From Patescibacteria group bacterium (GTDB lineage: Bacteria; Patescibacteriota; Minisyncoccia; 2-02-FULL-40-12; GWA2-44-9), in assembly GCA_038056025.1 (NCBI GenBank), contig JBBUGO010000014.1, forward strand, positions 1-49,364: a stretch of 49,364 nt of DNA, read 5' to 3'. The position numbers and the translations under genes were made by a program. Positions 17,336 to 24,637 of the stretch are shown here, piece by piece. Numbering within the stretch: position 1 is the first letter of the stretch; each line of letters begins with the position of its first letter. The notes under the pieces were generated by a model, which was given only the letters and a program-made list of their open reading frames with translations, was not told the origin of the DNA and made no database searches.

Positions 17336-18616
17336 ATGCGCGTGGACTCCAAAACTGTTGATGATGCCACGCGGCAACTGGTCGTGGAATTAAATGCCGA
17401 CGATATCAAAAAATATATTACCCGGACGGAGCGTGTGGTAAACGAGCAAACACGCATTGACGGTTTTCGACCCGGTAAAATTCCTCAAAAGAAACTCAAA
17501 AACCATGTTGGCCAGGAAGCCATTCTGCAGCAGGCTCTTGCCGCTGCGGTACGGGGCTCGCTCGACGAAGCGGTAGCATCCGAACAGTTAGACGTTGCCG
17601 AGGTCAGCAACCTGCATGTTCGGGAAAATGGCCCCGAGCATCTTGTCTATGAGGTCACTATGGCCCTTTTTCCACACGTCACGTTGCCCGACTTTACCAC
17701 CATCAAGGTTGAGCGGCGGAAAGTTGAAGTAACCGATGCCGAGGTGGAACAGACCCTCGAAACGTTGCGCCAGCACCGCGCAACATTTCTTCCCAAAGAA
17801 AGCTCTGTGGCCTTGGGGGACCGAGTGGAAGTTGATTTTGCAGTTCGGAACAATGGAGGAATTGTCACCGGGGGAGAGAGCAACAATCATCCGCTCATCG
17901 TTGGCGGCAAGTCGTTTTTGCCGGGATTCGAGGATCAATTAATAGGTCTGCGCACCGGAGAAGAGAAAGATTTTACGCTTCGTGCTCCCGACGACTATTT
18001 CCAAAAAGATATTGCCGGCAAGGAACTCTCGGTTCATGTAAAAATTAACCTCGTGCAGACCGTACAGCTCCCCGCGCTTGACGACGCTTTCGCACAGAAA
18101 GCAGGAAAGTTCGCAGATCTGGCCCAGTTGCGATCCAATGTGCATGACGGAATTGCACAGGAAAAAGGACATAAGGAACAGGAGCGCATACGGTTGGCGA
18201 TTCTTGATGCCGTTATCGCTCACGCGCCCATCAAAGTACCTGCGAAGATGGTAGAGGAACAGCTTGAGGTCTTACTTGCGGGTTTTGACCAGCAGTTGCA
18301 TGAGCGCGGCATGGAATTGGCTCCCTATCTTGCGCATATCGGAAAAACCCGCGAACAACTGCGCGATGATTGGCGCAAAGACGCGGAGCGCGAAGCAAAA
18401 ATCCGCCTCGTTATTCATACTGTCGGAAAACAGGAGAATATCGCGGTAAGCGATCGAGAAATTGAAGAGGAGTTGGCCGCGGTGGTGCAATCATTGGTAC
18501 TCCGGCAAAATCTATCTCCCGAGCAGATCGATCTCGGACGCGTACGTCAGCAAGTCCGCCAGCAGGCACTCGTCGAAAAGGTATTGGATTTCATTGAAAA
18601 GCGTTGTGCGGTATAA
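17336..18616 (+). CDS. tig: Trigger factor
   Basis: I place the start at MRVDSKT. The ribosome-binding motif is GFRPGKIP. It also has an FKBP-like middle domain and a C-terminal arm domain. Confidence 0.85.
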   Translation: MRVDSKTVDDATRQLVVELNADDIKKYITRTERVVNEQTRIDGFRPGKIPQKKLKNHVGQEAILQQALAAAVRGSLDEAVASEQLDVAEVSNLHVRENGPEHLVYEVTMALFPHVTLPDFTTIKVERRKVEVTDAEVEQTLETLRQHRATFLPKESSVALGDRVEVDFAVRNNGGIVTGGESNNHPLIVGGKSFLPGFEDQLIGLRTGEEKDFTLRAPDDYFQKDIAGKELSVHVKINLVQTVQLPALDDAFAQKAGKFADLAQLRSNVHDGIAQEKGHKEQERIRLAILDAVIAHAPIKVPAKMVEEQLEVLLAGFDQQLHERGMELAPYLAHIGKTREQLRDDWRKDAEREAKIRLVIHTVGKQENIAVSDREIEEELAAVVQSLVLRQNLSPEQIDLGRVRQQVRQQALVEKVLDFIEKRCAV

Positions 18617-18625
18617 TGGGTACGC

Positions 18626-19000
18626 ATGGTACAGTCCCTCCGGTATTCACAATGGGTATTGCGCTTGTCGCTTGCGGCGGTATTTCTTTGGTTCGGGGTG
18701 GGAAAGTTTATCAACCCGGACTACTGGATCAATGCCTGGCTTCCTCAATGGATCTACGGCATGCTCGAGACATTCAACATCTCTGCTAAGAATTTCATGT
18801 ATCTCAATGGAATTTTCGAGGTGCTGGTCGGTGTGAGCGTAGTTTCAGGAATCTTCATCCGCATCTTCTCTGTTTTGGCGGGTCTTTTTCTCCTGGGCGT
18901 GATGGGGACGCATGGTTTGAATGAAGTTCTGGTCCGTGATGTTGCCCTCGTCGGGGGATTTCTTGCTCTCTTTTTCTGGCCCGATCGGCATCTCGCGTAA
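18626..19000 (+). CDS. DoxX-like small membrane protein
   Basis: 124 aa with four hydrophobic helices. The N-terminal segment LSLAAVFLWFGVGKF resembles the DoxX family. Confidence 0.55.
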   Translation: MVQSLRYSQWVLRLSLAAVFLWFGVGKFINPDYWINAWLPQWIYGMLETFNISAKNFMYLNGIFEVLVGVSVVSGIFIRIFSVLAGLFLLGVMGTHGLNEVLVRDVALVGGFLALFFWPDRHLA

Positions 19001-19052
19001 TTGTCTTCAACTGTCGGTTTGTGCTAGGGTAGGGGCGCCTTCGAGGCGTTTG

Positions 19053-19075
19053 CCTGCCGGTCGGCAGGTTTTTTT
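19053..19075 (+). terminator. Intrinsic terminator
   Basis: Hairpin cctgccggtcggcagg followed by a T7 run, immediately before the next ATG. Confidence 0.6.
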
Positions 19076-20263
19076 ATGAAAAAAACAATCTTTCTCGACT
19101 ATGCCGCGGGAACACCGTGTGACCCTCGGGCGCAACAAGCGTTTCTTACTGCAGCGCGGGAAATTGGAAATCCATCTTCTCTCCACAGCGCCGGTCGTCG
19201 GGCGGCAGACATTCTCTACAAGAGTCGCAAAGACGTGGCTACATTCCTTGGTGCGCGGCCAGGAGAAATATTTTTTACCGGTTCAGGATCAGAGGCGAAT
19301 AATATGGCGGTGATGTGTGTCGCCGGAGCGGCTCCCGATACGATTCGCATCGTGGCCACCACGCCTATTGAGCACCTTTCACTTCTTGATCCTATGCGCT
19401 CACTTTCGGAGAAGGGGTTCAAGGTGCAGATGATACACGTTGATCGCACCGGCAGGGTGGATTTTGAGCACATCAAACAACTGGTAACGCCCCAAACGCT
19501 CCTTGTCTCGGTCATCTACGGGAGTAACGAGATCGGCACGATAGAACCCATCGCGAAAATCGGCAATTATATACGCGAATTCCGCCGGAAGCACAATTCT
19601 CCCTACCCGCTTTTTCATACGGATGCATGTCAGGCGGCCGAATATCTCGACATGAACGTCCAGCATCTCGGCGTGGATCTTTTGTCGTTTAATAGTTCGA
19701 AAATATATGGGCCCCGGGGCGTGGGAGCGCTCTATGTCCGCCAGGGGACGCCCATCGTACCCTGGATCCGTGGCGGTCACCAAGAGCAAGGCATTCGCGC
19801 GGGAACGGAAAACGTCCCCGGCATTGCGGGGTTTGCCCGCGCGGTGGGACTAATTCATCACGCGCGGATACGCCGCATGCGCGCGTTGAGGGACTATTTT
19901 ATTACCAAGGTACAGAAACAGCTTCCCGACATAAAAATCAACGGGCCATTGGGAGAGGAACGATTGCCCAACAATGTGCATATCGCGGTGTCTGGCATGG
20001 GGAGTGAGCATCTTTTGCTGGAACTCGATCAGCGAGGAGTCGCAGTGGGAAAGGGCTCGGCATGCACCGCTCACTCGGTGGAACCTTCGCATGTATTAAG
20101 AGCCATCGGTGTACGCGCGCCGTATCTCGGCGGAGCCCTGCGTTTTTCATTCGGGCGGGCGACGACCAAAAAGGACATCGATACGGCATTAGACGCACTT
20201 AACGCCTCACTTTCTACGTTAAGAAATCGGTACGGGGCTAATCCCCGCACATTGAAGAAATAG
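19076..20263 (+). CDS. Cysteine desulfurase (NifS/IscS-like class V aminotransferase)
   Basis: 395 aa. The PLP-lysine region is SSKIYGPRGVGALYV and the catalytic-Cys region is GSACTA. Confidence 0.85.
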   Translation: MKKTIFLDYAAGTPCDPRAQQAFLTAAREIGNPSSLHSAGRRAADILYKSRKDVATFLGARPGEIFFTGSGSEANNMAVMCVAGAAPDTIRIVATTPIEHLSLLDPMRSLSEKGFKVQMIHVDRTGRVDFEHIKQLVTPQTLLVSVIYGSNEIGTIEPIAKIGNYIREFRRKHNSPYPLFHTDACQAAEYLDMNVQHLGVDLLSFNSSKIYGPRGVGALYVRQGTPIVPWIRGGHQEQGIRAGTENVPGIAGFARAVGLIHHARIRRMRALRDYFITKVQKQLPDIKINGPLGEERLPNNVHIAVSGMGSEHLLLELDQRGVAVGKGSACTAHSVEPSHVLRAIGVRAPYLGGALRFSFGRATTKKDIDTALDALNASLSTLRNRYGANPRTLKK

Positions 20264-20280
20264 GATTTTTCTGGTATAGT
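20252..20280 (+). promoter_or_regulatory. Putative promoter for the tRNA-Arg/tRNA-Lys unit
   Basis: TTGAAG (20252-20257), a 17-nt spacer, then TATAGT (20275-20280). It overlaps the end of the desulfurase gene. Confidence 0.4.
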
Positions 20281-20303
20281 ATTACCGTCTTTTTGCGGGA
20301 AAT

Positions 20304-20375
20304 GTCCCCGTAGCTTAACGGATAAAGTAGCAGCCTTCGAAGCTGTTGATGGGGGTTCGATTCCCTCCGGGGACA
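20304..20375 (+). tRNA. tRNA-Arg (anticodon UCG)
   Basis: Hand-folded cloverleaf. The acceptor pairs GTCCCCG with CGGGGAC. The anticodon loop is CTTCGAA and the T loop is TTCGATT. No CCA is encoded. Confidence 0.85.
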
Positions 20376-20555
20376 CAACCAAGAATTTGTACTCCACTGC
20401 TGGAGTGCAGATTCTTGGCTATGAATCCGAAAGGAGGAATCGAAAGGCGGAGCGATGTCTCGCAAGCTTGCGAGACCGCGAGCCGGGGTCGCGAAATCAG
20501 CGAGTGACTGACGAAGCTGATATTTGTGACCGATTCCCTCCGGTTATAAATAAAT

Positions 20556-20628
20556 GCGCCCTTAGCTCAGTTGGTAGAGCTGCTCCCTCTTAAGGAGATG
20601 GTCGGGGGTTCGAATCCCTCAGGGCGCA
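20556..20628 (+). tRNA. tRNA-Lys (anticodon CUU)
   Basis: The acceptor pairs GCGCCCT with AGGGCGC. The anticodon loop is CTCTTAA and the T loop is TTCGAAT. There is one G-A mismatch at position 27-43. Confidence 0.8.
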
Positions 20629-20633
20629 CAAAA

Positions 20634-20661
20634 TACTAAAAGCCCCGAAAGGGGCTTTTAG
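20634..20661. terminator. Bidirectional hairpin terminator
   Basis: The hairpin actaaaagccccgaaaggggcttttagt lies between tRNA-Lys (+) and the 3D-domain gene (-). Confidence 0.7.
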
Positions 20662-20665
20662 TATT

Positions 20666-21199
20666 TTAGAGAGGCAATACTTCGATGGTTACGGTCTTGC
20701 GACCGAACCGCTTCGCTGACTCACGATTCGGGAACCAGATATCCAGGTTGTAGGTATACCGCTTGTTCATACGGTCTTCAACAACGAAGATCTTGTTGCC
20801 GAACAGTTTCGGGATTTTGACCCGAGTACCGAACGGTAACATGTTGGTTGCCACGATACCGTCGCGAACGTAGGTGTTCGAAGCGGTAATAAATGGCGAA
20901 TCGTCAGTCTGGTCGGGCGTCGAAGAGTACGCCGACACACTCACAACGTAAGTCTTGCTGATTGCCTTTTTCACTGGGGTTGCGGGGGCCTTCGATACAG
21001 GCCGCGCAGGAACATCGTTTTCACTAGTATCCGCGATAGCACTGTAAAGTTGCTCAAACGGCAGAGCATCACTGCCGACAAGAGACGTCGACAGCTTTGA
21101 GCCGACCCAGTCGAGCATACCGGCGGAAGCTTGGTTGTAAGAGAAAAGGACTGCAATCAATACGATCACTGCGATGTAGTTCTTGTTCATAATGTACAA
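20666..21199 (-). CDS. Secreted 3D-domain (MltA/RlpA-like DPBB) cell-wall-binding or hydrolase protein
   Basis: It has a signal peptide. The C-terminal segment reads SAYSSTPDQTDDSPFITASNTYVRDGIVATNMLPFGTRVKIP...FVVEDRMN, typical of 3D domains. Confidence 0.75.
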   Translation of the reverse strand: MYIMNKNYIAVIVLIAVLFSYNQASAGMLDWVGSKLSTSLVGSDALPFEQLYSAIADTSENDVPARPVSKAPATPVKKAISKTYVVSVSAYSSTPDQTDDSPFITASNTYVRDGIVATNMLPFGTRVKIPKLFGNKIFVVEDRMNKRYTYNLDIWFPNRESAKRFGRKTVTIEVLPL

Positions 21200-21362
21200 C
21201 CGAGGGAAAGTAGTTCGGAGGTCACGATCCCGATGCTATGCATCGTGAATCGGGACAACAAAAAATGGCGTCTATAGCCAATTTCTGTGCATAAAGCTAC
21301 TCTCTAGGTTGTACGTACATTATAGCATTTCAGGTATATAAAGTCAATGATTCCTGGGGGCT

Positions 21363-21390
21363 AAAAACAGGCCCCTTTTGGCCTGTTTTT
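21363..21390. terminator. Hairpin with flanking A/T runs
   Basis: The hairpin aaaaacaggccccttttggcctgttttt lies downstream of the NUDIX gene (-). Confidence 0.6.
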
Positions 21391-21421
21391 GACTGACTTT
21401 CGAGCGGATTAGTAGATGATA

Positions 21422-21820
21422 TTAGAACCTGTTAGCAGACCGAAAATACTCATAAAGTTTTTCTTTACAATCAAAGGCAAAGTTGATTTTCGAGATATCT
21501 TCCTCTGAAACAAAAATGACTTCTAAAACCTCTTCTTTATTGAGATTGAGCTCGCCTCTGGTAGTTCCCGTAAAATAATAAACCCTCCAGGGATTAACCA
21601 GGTCATGACTTTTATCCAACGATTCGGATTGGCCAGTGGGAGTGAAGTCCAATCCTATTTCTTCTTTAACCTCGCGAATTACTGCATCCTTCGGATTTTC
21701 GTCTGGTTCTGGCTTACCACCGACTAGCGCATAGAGCCCGGCCCCCACACCTCTAGCCCTCTTAATGAGCAGGACACGATCTTCTTTGTTTGTAATGATG
21801 GCTCTAACTACTTGTTTCAT
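21422..21820 (-). CDS. NUDIX hydrolase
   Basis: I place the start at MKQVVRAII, because the track ORF's N-terminal extension runs through tRNA-Gly. The Nudix box is GGKPEPDENPKDAVIREVKEEIGL. Confidence 0.8.
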   Translation of the reverse strand: MKQVVRAIITNKEDRVLLIKRARGVGAGLYALVGGKPEPDENPKDAVIREVKEEIGLDFTPTGQSESLDKSHDLVNPWRVYYFTGTTRGELNLNKEEVLEVIFVSEEDISKINFAFDCKEKLYEYFRSANRF

Positions 21821-21894
21821 TGGAGCGGGTAGGGGGAATCGAACCCCCGTCATGTGATTGGCAACCACATGTAATACCATTATACGATACCCGC
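21821..21894 (-). tRNA. tRNA-Gly (anticodon GCC), CCA encoded
   Basis: The reverse complement reads GCGGGTATCGTATAATGGTATTACATGTGGTTGCCAATCACATGACGGGGGTTCGATTCCCCCTACCCGCTCCA. The anticodon loop is TTGCCAA. Confidence 0.85.
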
Positions 21895-21898
21895 AATT

Positions 21899-22594
21899 TT
21901 ATCTGTTCTTAGCGATTCCCGAAATGAGGCCCATGATTCGATGAAAGAGATCGGTGCTGTTGACTGATATTTGCATAACCCCGTAGGGCAGGGAATTAAA
22001 AGGTTTCCTTCTCTGGCTCGAAATACTTATCGTTTGGATCGTCTTTCGGAAGTTGCTATAGGGAATTTTACAGATTTTTTGCCAAAAGTCCAGAATATAT
22101 GTCGGGTCTTGATGTCTGAATGTTCTGACATTCGCGATAATCTTATCATCAGATACCTCGCAAATTTCCCTGAGAAATCTCAGGAATATTCCTATCAGTT
22201 CTGGGTTGGAATTTGTTAGACTTACCCGGTGATAGGTTCTGGGACTTCCATTTCTTATGATGGGCCTCTTATATCCCTCTGCCCAGTAGAGAGCGCTACC
22301 CAGCATGAGGAGATCCCTCTTAGAAAGCTCGCGCACACTTTTTGCGGATTTCTCTCGGGTCTCTTGTGCTCGCACTTGAGCCAGGCGGGTCTGATTTTTA
22401 TTCCGCGCAAGAAGACCTCGCAGAGAAGCGGCACTTACCCGTACTTTAAGTCGCTTCTGTGCTTCTTCCGATAATGAAAGACCGGAAAACCATCCCGACA
22501 AGGTGCTTTTTGGGATTTTTAAAGATTTCGTTATTTCGTTATAACTTTTCCCCGTGATTCTTAGTTGATATGCTTTAGCTTTTTCGTACCTCAT
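21899..22594 (-). CDS. Free-standing LAGLIDADG-like homing endonuclease with N-terminal HTH
   Basis: 231 aa. The HTH is GKSYNEITKSLKIPKSTLSGW. A single LAGLIDADG-like motif reads LLMLGSALYWAEGYK, followed by VSLTNSNPELIGIFLRFLREI. The gene is AT-rich. Confidence 0.6.
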   Translation of the reverse strand: MRYEKAKAYQLRITGKSYNEITKSLKIPKSTLSGWFSGLSLSEEAQKRLKVRVSAASLRGLLARNKNQTRLAQVRAQETREKSAKSVRELSKRDLLMLGSALYWAEGYKRPIIRNGSPRTYHRVSLTNSNPELIGIFLRFLREICEVSDDKIIANVRTFRHQDPTYILDFWQKICKIPYSNFRKTIQTISISSQRRKPFNSLPYGVMQISVNSTDLFHRIMGLISGIAKNR

Positions 22595-22678
22595 TACCTA
22601 TAACTATAGCACAGCAGTACGGATTAGAAATGAAAAAGTTGATAAGTAGCTGTGGATAGAGATTGCGGTCTTGGGGTT

Positions 22679-22706
22679 TTGTAAAACGATGATTTCGTGC
22701 TATAGT
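22679..22706 (+). promoter_or_regulatory. Putative promoter of the intron-containing tRNA-Phe
   Basis: TTGTAA (22679-22684), a 16-nt spacer, then TATAGT (22701-22706), 9 nt before the tRNA 5' end. This is the same TTGTAA/TATAnT pattern seen upstream of ssrA. Confidence 0.45.
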
Positions 22707-22715
22707 CTCCTTCAC

Positions 22716-22997
22716 GCCGCGGTAGCTCAGTGGTAGAGCGCAGCCCTGAAATCTTTGGGGCTTTCCGTCGAGAGACGGATTGAAAAATCGGGTGAACTCG
22801 GGAAACACCCCGCCTTTGCGGGACAATCCCGAGCCAAGCCCCGACCATGTCGGGGAAGGTGTAGAGACTATCCCGCAAGGGAGTACTTCTGCCTAAGGCG
22901 GAGGGAAGCGCCCGAGTCGCTTTAAGCGATATGATATAGTCCAATTCAGCTTCGGAAGAGGCTGGCGTCGGGTGTTCGATTCACCCCCGCGGCACCA
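22716..22997 (+). tRNA. tRNA-Phe (anticodon GAA) interrupted by a group I intron; CCA encoded
   Basis: Exon 1 is 22716-22747 (GCCGCGGTAGCTCAGTGGTAGAGCGCAGCCCT). Exon 2 is 22955-22997 (GAAGAGGCTGGCGTCGGGTGTTCGATTCACCCCCGCGGCACCA). Joined, they form a canonical cloverleaf with anticodon loop CUGAAGA. Confidence 0.8.
22748..22954 (+). ncRNA. Group I intron (IC3-like, no internal ORF)
   Basis: P1 pairs AGCCCU (22742-22747) with GGGGCU (22757-22762), with U.G at the splice site. P10 pairs GAAGA (22955-22959) with UCUUU (22752-22756). The terminal G is at 22954. The core strings GAGCCAAGC, GAAGGTGTAGAGACTA and CCTAAGGC resemble the Azoarcus tRNA-Ile intron as I recall it. Confidence 0.75.
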
Positions 22998-22999
22998 GA

Positions 23000-23034
23000 A
23001 ATTATAAAAGCCCCGTTACGGGGCTTTTATAATT
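23000..23034. terminator. Bidirectional hairpin terminator
   Basis: The hairpin aattataaaagccccgttacggggcttttataatt lies between tRNA-Phe (+) and tRNA-Val (-). Confidence 0.7.
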
Positions 23035-23035
23035 G

Positions 23036-23107
23036 TGCGCGCTGTAGGGATTGAACCTACGACCTTCTCGACGTCAACGAGACGCTCTACCACTGAGCTA
23101 AGCGCGC
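23036..23107 (-). tRNA. tRNA-Val (anticodon GAC)
   Basis: The reverse complement reads GCGCGCTTAGCTCAGTGGTAGAGCGTCTCGTTGACGTCGAGAAGGTCGTAGGTTCAATCCCTACAGCGCGCA. The anticodon loop is TTGACGT. Confidence 0.85.
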
Positions 23108-23119
23108 ATTGTCAAAATG

Positions 23120-23203
23120 TGCGCGGGAGAGGATTTGAACCTCCATGCCCTTGCGGGCGCTACCACCTCAAGGTAGTGCGTCTGCCAGTTTCGCCACCCG
23201 CGC
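23120..23203 (-). tRNA. tRNA-Leu (anticodon GAG), long variable arm
   Basis: The reverse complement begins GCGCGGGTGGCGAAACTGGCAGACGCACTACCTTGAGGTGGTAG. The variable arm is CGCCCGCAAGGGCAT. The anticodon loop is TTGAGGT. Confidence 0.85.
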
Positions 23204-23230
23204 GTAATGTGCATATAGTAACAAACCCAA

Positions 23231-23626
23231 CTATGAGGAGGCAACTTCTTGAGGGGCTTCTGCAGGAGTGCTTACCGCGTGTTTGGTCTTCCTGCGGATT
23301 TCTTTTGAGGACTTTTCACGGAGGTAGTACAACTTGGCTCGTCGAACGCGAGGACGCTTCACCACCTCAATCTTTTCAATAGACGGGAGACGCAAGGGAA
23401 GGATTTTCTCAACGCCAATGCCACCGGTGACTTTACGGACGGTAATCGTAGCTCCGGGCTCGTCACCATGCTGGCGAGCGATGATAACACCTTCGAACAT
23501 TTGACTTTTGGCCTTCTCTCCCTCGCTGATCTTCTGATAAATCTTTACTGTCCAGCCAACGCGAAGATCAGGAAAGCGGTTTTCTCCGGTATGTTTGGTA
23601 ATGAAATTGTGCAGGGCAGTACTCAT
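23231..23626 (-). CDS. rplS: 50S ribosomal protein L19
   Basis: 131 aa. The segment FPDLRVGWTVKIYQKISEGEKAKSQMFEGVIIARQ is typical of L19. Confidence 0.9.
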   Translation of the reverse strand: MSTALHNFITKHTGENRFPDLRVGWTVKIYQKISEGEKAKSQMFEGVIIARQHGDEPGATITVRKVTGGIGVEKILPLRLPSIEKIEVVKRPRVRRAKLYYLREKSSKEIRRKTKHAVSTPAEAPQEVASS

Positions 23627-23638
23627 GTTTTGAGAGTT

Positions 23639-24328
23639 CTATTCTAGCGTATCTAGGGCCTTCTGTAAAGATTCCGGTAGTTCAACTTCGAGTGTAAGCG
23701 CTTTGCCGTCGGGCGCGGTAAAACTTAGAGTCGTGGCGTGTAAAAACATACGATCCAGCCCCGGAGGTTTTGTTTTACCCGTGGCATAGAGCGCGTCGCC
23801 AACAATAGGGCACCCGATGCTTTTTAAATGCACACGAATCTGGTGGGTGCGGCCTGTTTGCGGCATCACACGCAGAAGTGTGTAATCTCGGAATGATTTT
23901 TCAGTCGCATAATCAGTAACAGCGTCGCGTTCTACTAGCTCTCGGCGACCCTTAAGTTGCGTCGTCTGCTTAGCGCCAATTTTACCTAAAGGAGCGGCGA
24001 TGGTTCCTTTTGGTTCTTTCGGATGGCCATATACGAGTGCGAGGTATTCTTTCTTTACCAACCGGCTTTGAAACTGTTCTTTAAGAAAGAGAAACGCAGA
24101 TTGATTTTTTGCGATGAGCATGATGCCCGATGTTTCCTTATCAAGGCGGTGCACGAGGCCCGGGCGCAGAGGGCTTTCGCCAACACTGGCTAAGTACGGC
24201 CGCTCACGCACAAGGATGTCAGCCACGGTTTCTTGCGGGTCCGTGGGACTGGCTTTATGTACGGCAATGCCCGCGGGCTTATTGATAACGAAGAGATTGT
24301 CGTCTTCGTAGACGATGGGGAGGGTCAT
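23639..24328 (-). CDS. RluA-family pseudouridine synthase (no S4 domain)
   Basis: 229 aa. The catalytic motif is HRLDKETSGIMLIAK. Confidence 0.85.
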   Translation of the reverse strand: MTLPIVYEDDNLFVINKPAGIAVHKASPTDPQETVADILVRERPYLASVGESPLRPGLVHRLDKETSGIMLIAKNQSAFLFLKEQFQSRLVKKEYLALVYGHPKEPKGTIAAPLGKIGAKQTTQLKGRRELVERDAVTDYATEKSFRDYTLLRVMPQTGRTHQIRVHLKSIGCPIVGDALYATGKTKPPGLDRMFLHATTLSFTAPDGKALTLEVELPESLQKALDTLE

Positions 24329-24558
24329 CGGTTTTTAACCAAGGCTGCGACAGCAATCAATCCCCAGATAGTCTGTAGAGCAAGCGCGGGCCAGGCGTGT
24401 TGGTAGAAAACATTAGCACCGACACCAATGACACCGACGAGGTTCATTAATTGATAGACAGCGCTGGTAGGGGAAAGTTTCTTGTTTGAAACTAAAAAAT
24501 AGGCAAGTAAAACAAGAAACGTCCCAATCCACCCGAGAACCTGAGTTAGTATTTCCAT
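24325..24558 (-). CDS. Small 3-TM membrane protein (CBU_0592-like, by recollection)
   Basis: 77 aa with three hydrophobic helices. It overlaps the pseudouridine synthase start in an ATGA junction. Confidence 0.5.
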   Translation of the reverse strand: MEILTQVLGWIGTFLVLLAYFLVSNKKLSPTSAVYQLMNLVGVIGVGANVFYQHAWPALALQTIWGLIAVAALVKNR

Positions 24559-24561
24559 ATG

Positions 24562-24633
24562 TGCGCGCTGTAGGATTTGAACCCACGACCCCTGCTGTGT
24601 AAAAGCAGTGCTCTACCACTGAGCTAAGCGCGC
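24562..24633 (-). tRNA. tRNA-Val (anticodon UAC)
   Basis: The reverse complement reads GCGCGCTTAGCTCAGTGGTAGAGCACTGCTTTTACACAGCAGGGGTCGTGGGTTCAAATCCTACAGCGCGCA. The anticodon loop is TTTACAC. Confidence 0.85.
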
Positions 24634-24637
24634 AATG

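Noticed and set aside
20492-20513. Hammerhead-ribozyme-like core strings (GAAA at 20493-20496 and CUGACGA at 20507-20513) in the tRNA-Arg spacer.
   Set aside because: The order and spacing of the strings and the available helices do not fit any of the three hammerhead permutations. Stem II and III partners are missing.
20071-20593. ORFs 20071..20397(-), 20238..20465(-) and 20387..20593(+) around the tRNA-Arg/Lys unit.
   Set aside because: They run through tRNA genes and the hairpin-rich spacer, have no coding signal or motifs, and one is antisense to the desulfurase gene.
22575-22944. Minus-strand ORFs 22575..22826 and 22624..22944 (83 and 106 aa).
   Set aside because: They lie entirely over the tRNA-Phe exon and group I intron RNA. 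Their open frames come from the structured, GC-balanced RNA sequence.
23035-23382. ORF 23035..23382(+), 115 aa.
   Set aside because: It is antisense to two tRNA genes and to rplS, so it is a shadow ORF.
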